IMG/VR virus record: IMGVR_UViG_3300036820_000002 | Coordinates: 32,001 to 96,000 of that record | Reading direction: 5' to 3' (one strand) | Length of the DNA: 64,000 nucleotides | Source: a virus | Shown: positions 7,057 to 12,456 of the stretch, piece by piece | How positions within the stretch are numbered: position 1 is the first letter of the stretch | Layout: every line of letters starts with the position of its first letter | Made by a program: the position numbers and the translations under genes | Notes under the pieces: generated by a model | Told to the model about the DNA's origin: nothing | The model's input: only the letters and a program-made list of their open reading frames with translations | The model's database searches: none

Positions 7057-7284
7057 GGGGAAGACGGTAGCTGCTCGTCACCCGTCCGGGGTGAGTACGC
7101 AATCCTCGCAAGATTCATGGTCTTGCATCACAGCACATGCGCGGGGCCGCATGACAATCATTACCAGTCAGCCCAGCATCTATGCAGCAGTCAGCGGCGG
7201 AAGCCGTTACCAGTTATTTTTATCACCATGTGCTAACCGGACAGGATTACTGATGGCAGCGAGGGCGGGCCAGGGGAATTCCCC
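7057..7284 (+). ncRNA. Candidate structured RNA downstream of the DIP1984 gene
   Basis: Nested helices GGGGAA/TTCCCC, GCTGC/GCAGC, CGTCA/TGATG, GTCCGG/CCGGAC, AGCACATG/CATGTGCT. Confidence 0.55.
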
Positions 7285-7660
7285 CCAGCAGAAGCCTTTC
7301 TTGAGCATACGGCTCAAGGATTGTGAGGTGCAGACGTTCCAGTCCGGCGGACCGGGCGGCCAGCACCAGAATCATTCCAATACCGGGGTCCGGATCATCC
7401 ACCGGGCGTCCGGGGCCCGTGGGGAGTCGCGGGAGGAACGTAGCCAGCTGCTGAACAAGAAGGCGGCGTTCCGGCGGATGACAGAACATGTGATGTTCCG
7501 GGTGTGGGTGAACCGGATGATCTTCTATGCCGGGAAATCCCCGGAGGAGAGGGTGAAGGAAGACCTGGTACCGCAGAATCTGCGCACGGAAGCCCGTCGC
7601 GGGAACCGGTGGGTACCTTATGCGGCAGAAGGGAATGATCATGGCGGAACCGCAGGATGA
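7253..7660 (+). CDS. Peptide chain release factor-like GGQ protein (RF-1 domain only; ArfB/PrfH-like)
   Basis: SGGPGGQHQN..TGVRIIH..SG....SREERSQLLNK; start chosen at ATG 7253 after AGGA. Confidence 0.85.
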   Translation: MAARAGQGNSPQQKPFLSIRLKDCEVQTFQSGGPGGQHQNHSNTGVRIIHRASGARGESREERSQLLNKKAAFRRMTEHVMFRVWVNRMIFYAGKSPEERVKEDLVPQNLRTEARRGNRWVPYAAEGNDHGGTAG

Positions 7661-7751
7661 CCAGGCTGACGAGGAAATCATCGAGGAGCTCGTCAAGGGC
7701 TATTCCGGTGACGGCCTGTTCCGCGAGCAGAACTCGCCGCACCCGAAGTAA
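7641..7751 (+). CDS. 36-aa acidic peptide
   Basis: MAEPQDDQADEEIIEELVKGYSGDGLFREQNSPHPK*; GC3-biased. Confidence 0.45.
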   Translation: MAEPQDDQADEEIIEELVKGYSGDGLFREQNSPHPK

Positions 7752-7798
7752 TGGAGATGAACGGGCAGGAGCGCACCTCTCACGGAGGGGTGCGCCGG

Positions 7799-7870
7799 AC
7801 GCGGGTAGCTCAGCGGCAGAGCGACGCTCAGATGAAGCGGAGGCCGGTGGTCCGAGTCCACCCCCGCGTA
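7799..7870 (+). tRNA. Degenerate tRNA-Ile(GAT)-like gene
   Basis: Acceptor ACGCGGG/CCCGCGT, D arm and T arm intact; anticodon loop CAGATGA (A33) and A27:G43 mismatch. Confidence 0.65.
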
Positions 7871-8410
7871 CTGATCCGCCTCAGGGAAGAGCTGGGGCTG
7901 CCGGGATGCCCGTACGTGATCCGGTGGCGCCTTCAGGTCCCCGGGGGGTCGGTCCGGCTGCATCACTGGCTGGGCCCTGATGATGACCGTGCTCACCATG
8001 ATCATCCGTGGTGGTTCGTGACCCTGGTACTGCGCGGCGGCTACACCGACCGCAGTCCTGGGGGGACCGAGCGCTTGCGGGCGGGATCGGTGCGGTACCG
8101 CCCGGCTCTGTACCGGCATACGGTGGTTCCTGATCCCGGCGGCGCCTGGACGCTGTTGGTTACCGGTCCCCGGGTGCGGGACTGGGGATTTTGGCCGGGG
8201 AAGTTCGTGAAGGCTAACAAGTGGTTCTTCCGGTACGGTCATCACCCGTGTTTCGAGGATTCGCCTAGCGGCTTAGGGCGCACGCCCGGAAAGCGTGTTG
8301 GGGGTGACCCCCCCTCGCGAGTTCGAATCTCGCATCCTCGGCGATGGAGACGTGGCACGAGTGGCTTAAGGCTCCGGTCCCGAAAACCGGCGGGTGTAAC
8401 AGCCCCGTGA
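7832..8410 (+). CDS. Cupin/dioxygenase-like protein; start uncertain (7751 or 7832)
   Basis: LHHW.GPDDDRAHHDHPWWFVTLVLRGGY...H.V...WTL.VTGP...WGF cupin motif; frame continues through tRNA genes. Confidence 0.7.
   Translation: MKRRPVVRVHPRVLIRLREELGLPGCPYVIRWRLQVPGGSVRLHHWLGPDDDRAHHDHPWWFVTLVLRGGYTDRSPGGTERLRAGSVRYRPALYRHTVVPDPGGAWTLLVTGPRVRDWGFWPGKFVKANKWFFRYGHHPCFEDSPSGLGRTPGKRVGGDPPSRVRISHPRRWRRGTSGLRLRSRKPAGVTAP
8254..8341 (+). tRNA. tRNA-Ser(GGA)
   Basis: Long variable arm; CACGC-CCGGAAA-GCGTG; G73. Confidence 0.88.
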
Positions 8411-8434
8411 GTTCGAATCTCACCGTCTCCTCCA
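8346..8434 (+). tRNA. tRNA-Ser(CGA)
   Basis: Long variable arm; CCGGT-CCCGAAA-ACCGG; encoded CCA. Confidence 0.88.
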
Positions 8435-8435
8435 A

Positions 8436-8510
8436 GGGCTGGTAACTCAGCAGGTCAGAGTACCCGTCTGATAAGCGGGAAGCCGGCAGGTTCAAATCCT
8501 CCCCAGCCCA
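8436..8510 (+). tRNA. tRNA-Ile(GAT)
   Basis: Cloverleaf; loop CTGATAA; imperfect T stem. Confidence 0.85.
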
Positions 8511-8511
8511 C

Positions 8512-8586
8512 AGGCCGGTAACTCAAGTTGGTCAGAGTGCCATTCTTATAAGATGGGAGTCACGGGTTCGAACCCCGTCCGGCCTA
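8512..8586 (+). tRNA. tRNA-Ile(TAT)
   Basis: Cloverleaf; CCATT-CTTATAA-GATGG; A73. Confidence 0.85.
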
Positions 8587-8594
8587 CCGGAGCC

Positions 8595-8855
8595 ATGATG
8601 AAGCGCAAGGATGATAACAGCTGCCGGTGTGATCCGCCGCCTTTTACCGGAGGGTGCCGGTACCGGCTGTGCCGGTACGGTCACTGCGCGGAGTACGTGT
8701 GCTTGCGCTGCGATCTGTTCAGCTGGGGATACGGCCCTATGCTGTGCAAGTGTGATGTCCCTAAGCCCAGGCTCTTCCTTTACCCGGACATGGACGTGAA
8801 ACCGCACGTAGCCCTCAAGTCGTCAGCACGCCGGCGGCGGGTAAGGAAATGGTGA
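8595..8855 (+). CDS. Cys-rich hypothetical protein
   Basis: SD GGAG; multiple Cys clusters. Confidence 0.55.
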   Translation: MMKRKDDNSCRCDPPPFTGGCRYRLCRYGHCAEYVCLRCDLFSWGYGPMLCKCDVPKPRLFLYPDMDVKPHVALKSSARRRRVRKW

Positions 8856-9127
8856 ACCGCCAGCCGCTGGCAGCATTCATCCAGGAAGGGTGCTACCGTA
8901 GCTGGCACCGCCACGGGAAACGGGCGAAGCACCGTTCTGTACGGCGTGAGCGGATGCTGGCCCGCACGGAAGCCAGGGAGGCCGTGATGAGCGAACCTGA
9001 GAGCGGATATGATATCTGGCCGTACGGTGATGACAACATGCCGGCGGTCGGTGACCCTGATGATGATTATGAATGGGTAGAGGACCTGCTCACCGCCGAG
9101 CGGGCCAGCCGTTCCGGGCCCCTGTAG
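8849..9127 (+). CDS. Hypothetical protein (basic N-terminus, acidic C-terminus)
   Basis: SD AAGGA; stop TAG lies inside tRNA-Arg(TCT). Confidence 0.55.
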   Translation: MVNRQPLAAFIQEGCYRSWHRHGKRAKHRSVRRERMLARTEAREAVMSEPESGYDIWPYGDDNMPAVGDPDDDYEWVEDLLTAERASRSGPL

Positions 9128-9190
9128 CTTAACGGAGAAAGCAGGGAGCTTCTAACTCCCGGGATGCGCGTTCGAGTCGTGTCAGGGGCG
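9118..9190 (+). tRNA. tRNA-Arg(TCT)
   Basis: Cloverleaf; GGGAG-CTTCTAA-CTCCC. Confidence 0.88.
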
Positions 9191-9192
9191 CT

Positions 9193-9265
9193 GGTCCCTT
9201 GGGGTAATGCGCAGCCCGCCGCCCTCTCATGGCGGAGATTGCCGGTTCGAATCCGGCAGGGATCA
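9193..9265 (+). tRNA. tRNA-Glu(CTC)
   Basis: Cloverleaf; CCGCC-CTCTCAT-GGCGG. Confidence 0.88.
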
Positions 9266-9299
9266 CTGATGTACCAGGAAAAGAAGAGAAAGGTCCAGC

Positions 9300-9881
9300 A
9301 TGAAGAAGATGCTCGCCTGTGCCGCCGCGCTGGCAGGCGCGGCGGCAGGAACGGCAGTGATGGCCGTCCCTGTGCACGCGGTCACGGCTGCTAATGACGG
9401 GGCTGGCCGGATCACCATGACCGTCAGCGGTGTCACCCGGTGCCTGGCAGGTAATCCGGAGACCAAGGCGGTTACCCTCGGCAGCTGCTCGGACGCGCAG
9501 TCCTGGGCGATCACTGCTTCAGCCGGGGTCATGTACGTCGACTGGATCAGGAACCCGCTGCTCTGCCTCGGCGTGAAGCCAGCCAGCGGCAGTGCGCTGC
9601 TGGTCCGGTGCGATGCCCGTGATGTTACCAGCGCTTACCTGGGATATGATTTCCGGAACTCCAGGGACGCGGTCATCACATCCCCCGGTCCGAGTGCCTT
9701 CGAAGAGATCCTGCCTCCCGGGTTTGTTACCCGGGCCCGGCTGACAGTGGTCGTGCCGGAACAGGTCACGGCTACCACGGTCCTCCCGGTGCTCTGGGCT
9801 GGCCGTAACTTCATCGCTGAACCGGGATCGGCCCAGGACGTATGGACGCTGCCTAAGCTCAGCCCGACCCGCAAGGACTAG
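9300..9881 (+). CDS. Secreted protein, ricin-B/beta-trefoil-like (paralog 3)
   Basis: SD AAAGG; signal peptide; RCL..VTLGSC..AQSW, LCL..LVRC. Confidence 0.65.
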   Translation: MKKMLACAAALAGAAAGTAVMAVPVHAVTAANDGAGRITMTVSGVTRCLAGNPETKAVTLGSCSDAQSWAITASAGVMYVDWIRNPLLCLGVKPASGSALLVRCDARDVTSAYLGYDFRNSRDAVITSPGPSAFEEILPPGFVTRARLTVVVPEQVTATTVLPVLWAGRNFIAEPGSAQDVWTLPKLSPTRKD

Positions 9882-9903
9882 CTGCCTGGCCGCCGGGGGT
9901 AAT

Positions 9904-9986
9904 GCCGTCGTTGCTCTGATGGTGAGGGGCCGCCGCCCTTTCATGGCGGATTAGCGACGGGGGTTCGATTCCCCCCGGCGGCACCA
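9904..9986 (+). tRNA. tRNA-Glu(TTC), enlarged D and variable regions
   Basis: CCGCC-CTTTCAT-GGCGG; 9-nt variable region; encoded CCA. Confidence 0.75.
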
Positions 9987-10004
9987 GGATAAGGAAGGAA
10001 GCCG

Positions 10005-10418
10005 TTGATCTGCAGGCACAGCGATGAAGGGAGAGCGGAGGCAGACGCCTTGCTCGCCGAAGTGAAGCAGCGACTCGGCGGCCGGGATGGGCCGGTCACC
10101 GACGGCACCCTGCTTAGCTGCGTGATATATAGCCTGAACCAGGACTTCGGTGCGCAGATCACCGAGATCATGTGTGATCTGTGGGCGGTAGTCTGCGCCT
10201 CTACGTACCGGGATTCGGATGACCCCTTCGAGGTGAGCATCTACTGCGATAACGTGGAAGACGGGATCGCCGCCGCCTGGAAGGCGTTCGCGGACAGGAA
10301 GGACGGAAATGCTGCTGCTGGAGCGGATGGCCCTGGAATCGGACTGGCAGGAGACCTGCCCGGTGAAGGTGGCGGAGCTGATGACGTTCATGACTCCCAT
10401 CGCACCAGTGCTGGGTAA
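10005..10418 (+). CDS. Hypothetical protein
   Basis: SD AAGGAAGG before TTG; GC3 bias. Confidence 0.55.
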   Translation: MICRHSDEGRAEADALLAEVKQRLGGRDGPVTDGTLLSCVIYSLNQDFGAQITEIMCDLWAVVCASTYRDSDDPFEVSIYCDNVEDGIAAAWKAFADRKDGNAAAGADGPGIGLAGDLPGEGGGADDVHDSHRTSAG

Positions 10419-10472
10419 CCTGGAAGACAGCACCGGGGAGCCGCGAATCTGGCGGTATCGGGTGTGCGGCAT

Positions 10473-10546
10473 GCCGCCGTGGTGAAGTCGGAAATTCACG
10501 GTGTCCTCATAAGGCACAGAGCCCTGTTCGAGCCAGGGCGGCGGTA
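10473..10546 (+). tRNA. tRNA(CAT), elongator Met or Ile2
   Basis: Cloverleaf; GTGTC-CTCATAA-GGCAC. Confidence 0.82.
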
Positions 10547-10555
10547 CGAAATCGC

Positions 10556-10584
10556 TTGACGGCACGGGATCTGCCGGCGATAAT
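10556..10584 (+). promoter_or_regulatory. Internal promoter before tRNA-fMet
   Basis: TTGACG-N17-GATAAT. Confidence 0.6.
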
Positions 10585-10595
10585 GGATCCTACGA

Positions 10596-10672
10596 CGCGG
10601 GGTGGAACAGTTCGGTAGTTCGCTGGGCTCATAACCCAGAAGTCGCAGGTTCAAATCCTGCCCCCGCTACCA
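10596..10672 (+). tRNA. Initiator tRNA-fMet(CAT)
   Basis: C1:U72 mismatch; three G-C pairs in the anticodon stem; encoded CCA. Confidence 0.95.
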
Positions 10673-10739
10673 GAGGCACCTGGCACAGTCAGGAGTCGAC
10701 CACGGGCTGCTGCTTACCGTGGCCTCAGAAGCAGCGTAA

Positions 10740-10813
10740 TCCCCGATAGCTCAACTGGCGGTAGCGTCCGGCTGTTAACCGGAAGGTTCCTGGTTCGATC
10801 CCAGGCCGGGGAG
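10740..10813 (+). tRNA. tRNA-Asn(GTT)
   Basis: Cloverleaf; TCCGG-CTGTTAA-CCGGA. Confidence 0.9.
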
Positions 10814-10917
10814 CGCTAGTCCGGGAAACGAGGGCCAGTGGCCTGCGGCTGCCTGCGCCGCGAGCATGAAGCAGGACAGTATGAGGGGTTCCCCGGTCAG
10901 CCGCCTCATGCGCCTAT

Positions 10918-10992
10918 GGTCTTGTAGAGCAGCCCGGAGTGCTCGCCACCCTGTCACGGTGGAGGTCGCGGGTCCGAATCCCGCCAGGACCG
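10918..10992 (+). tRNA. tRNA-Asp(GTC)
   Basis: Cloverleaf; CCACC-CTGTCAC-GGTGG; G73; T-loop TCCGAAT. Confidence 0.9.
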
Positions 10993-11008
10993 CATAGAGT
11001 GGAACGAT

Positions 11009-11275
11009 ATGACCGCCAGCAGGAAAAAGCAGATTACCCTGTACCGGATAACCCGGATCAAGTACATCCGCAACCTGGCTCTGGGCTGGAAAGCGGACTC
11101 GGTGAGTATCGTCTACTGCTCCACGAAGGCCAGCCTTACTAATGCCCGCAAGGAACTGATCGTACTTAACGGGCATCAGTGGGCACGCGGGCAAGGCAAC
11201 CCTCGCATCCGGTATGAACTGATAGCAGAGTGGTGCCCGATGCCGGAGTTCCAGCCACTGGACCTGGGCGCGTAG
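11009..11275 (+). CDS. Hypothetical protein
   Basis: Fills the spacer between tRNAs; stop TAG is tRNA-Val positions 8-10. Confidence 0.55.
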   Translation: MTASRKKQITLYRITRIKYIRNLALGWKADSVSIVYCSTKASLTNARKELIVLNGHQWARGQGNPRIRYELIAEWCPMPEFQPLDLGA

Positions 11276-11338
11276 CTCAGCGGTATGAGTGCTCGCCTGA
11301 CGCGCGAGAAGGCGGCAGTTCGATCCTGCCCGTGCCCA
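11266..11338 (+). tRNA. tRNA-Val(GAC)
   Basis: Cloverleaf; CTCGC-CTGACGC-GCGAG. Confidence 0.88.
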
Positions 11339-11391
11339 CCGGGGTTACTGATCAGGACTGAGGTATCTCTCCTGATTTCTGGCCCTGCCAG

Positions 11392-11465
11392 GCCCCCATA
11401 GCTCAGCGGAATAGAGCGGCCGGCTACGAACCGGCAGGCCGGGAGTTCGAGTCTCCCTGGGGGTA
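11392..11465 (+). tRNA. tRNA-Arg(ACG)
   Basis: Cloverleaf; GCCGG-CTACGAA-CCGGC. Confidence 0.92.
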
Positions 11466-11466
11466 C

Positions 11467-11685
11467 GTGATATGGACTGATATCGACCCGGCGGACGCCG
11501 TGGACATTGATTGCCGGGAGCGCCTGGATCTTGACCCGCCGCTCAACGAGAACCAGGAGGCATGCCCGTGGCCCTGGGACCCGCAGCAGCTCAAGGGTGC
11601 TCCGCTGGGCCAGTATCACTGCCCGTACTGCGGGGCGATGGTGATGGCAGGTCTTCCCCATCCGGATTACCGGAGGGATCTCTAA
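11467..11685 (+). CDS. Small CxxC protein
   Basis: CPWPWDPQQL..APLGQYHCPYCG; GC3 bias. Confidence 0.6.
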   Translation: MIWTDIDPADAVDIDCRERLDLDPPLNENQEACPWPWDPQQLKGAPLGQYHCPYCGAMVMAGLPHPDYRRDL

Positions 11686-11702
11686 GGGAAAAAAAGAAGC
11701 AA

Positions 11703-11773
11703 GGTCGGCTAGCTCAATGGAAGAGCGAGGCGTTTACACCGCCAGGACGAGGGTCCGATTCCTTCGCTGACTA
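11703..11773 (+). tRNA. tRNA-Val(TAC)
   Basis: Cloverleaf; GGCG-TTTACAC-CGCC; T-loop TCCGATT. Confidence 0.82.
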
Positions 11774-11775
11774 CC

Positions 11776-11848
11776 GGGTCGTGATCCAAGTGGCTGAGGA
11801 AGCGGTTTGTGGAACCGTTACTGGCGGGTTCGAATCCCGTACGACCCT
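11776..11848 (+). tRNA. tRNA-His(GTG), atypical acceptor end
   Basis: GCGGT-TTGTGGA-ACCGT; GGGTCGT/ACGACCC stem. Confidence 0.75.
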
Positions 11849-11861
11849 CCCGTCTGATCTC

Positions 11862-11943
11862 GCCAGGGTGTCCGAGCGGTCAAAAGAGGCGCTCTGTAAA
11901 AGCGTTGGCCCTGCCTTCCCAGGTTCGAATCCTGGTCCTGGCA
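11862..11943 (+). tRNA. tRNA-Tyr(GTA)
   Basis: Long variable arm; loop CTGTAAA. Confidence 0.9.
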
Positions 11944-11997
11944 CGTGAAATACGAGTTCTTTCATTGACGTAATGGACGATCTGTACAGTCCTGTAT

Positions 11998-12070
11998 GCT
12001 CCCATGGTAAAGGGGATATTACGCTGGTTTCCGAAGCCAGAGATCGCCTGTTCGAATCAGGCTGGGAGCA
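11998..12070 (+). tRNA. tRNA-Arg(CCG)
   Basis: Cloverleaf; loop TTCCGAA. Confidence 0.88.
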
Positions 12071-12075
12071 CGCCT

Positions 12076-12148
12076 GACCCCGTGCTGAAGCGGCTAACAG
12101 AGCTGCCTGCAAAGCAGCCATTCGCGGGTTCGAGTCCCGCCGGGGTCT
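12076..12148 (+). tRNA. tRNA-Cys(GCA)
   Basis: Cloverleaf; GCTGC-CTGCAAA-GCAGC; U73. Confidence 0.88.
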
Positions 12149-12171
12149 CGGAGAAAAGAGAGGAAGTCATC

Positions 12172-12369
12172 ATGCTGCTCAAGAGCCAGCAGCGGGTATA
12201 CCTGCTCGCCGCACCCTCTAATGCGGGTCATGTGTCCCGTATCCGGGGTGACCAGTTCACTGTCACCTATGACAGTCCCGGACGGCCCAAGGGCCATCCC
12301 CGGGTCCGGGTGACCTACCAGGAGCGCCAGGTGTCCCAGTTCGGCACCGGCAATCTCGGCCAGCCCTGA
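12172..12369 (+). CDS. Small hypothetical protein
   Basis: SD GAGGA before ATG 12172; stop TGA inside the tRNA-Arg(CCT) acceptor stem. Confidence 0.6.
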   Translation: MLLKSQQRVYLLAAPSNAGHVSRIRGDQFTVTYDSPGRPKGHPRVRVTYQERQVSQFGTGNLGQP

Positions 12370-12434
12370 TAGCTCAGAGGACAGAGCGGGGCTCTCCTAA
12401 GGCCTGCGCGGGGGTTCGAGTCCCTCTCAGGGCA
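12363..12434 (+). tRNA. tRNA-Arg(CCT)
   Basis: Cloverleaf; loop CTCCTAA. Confidence 0.9.
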
Positions 12435-12456
12435 CGTTACGCTAGGACCGGAAGAG

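Noticed and set aside
7091-7252. N-terminal extension of the GGQ ORF given in the ORF track
   Set aside because: Non-coding-like composition and nested RNA helices; a better start exists at 7253.
11965-12000. TTGACG promoter before tRNA-Arg(CCG)
   Set aside because: Candidate -10 hexamers are 14 or 24 bp away, which is wrong spacing.
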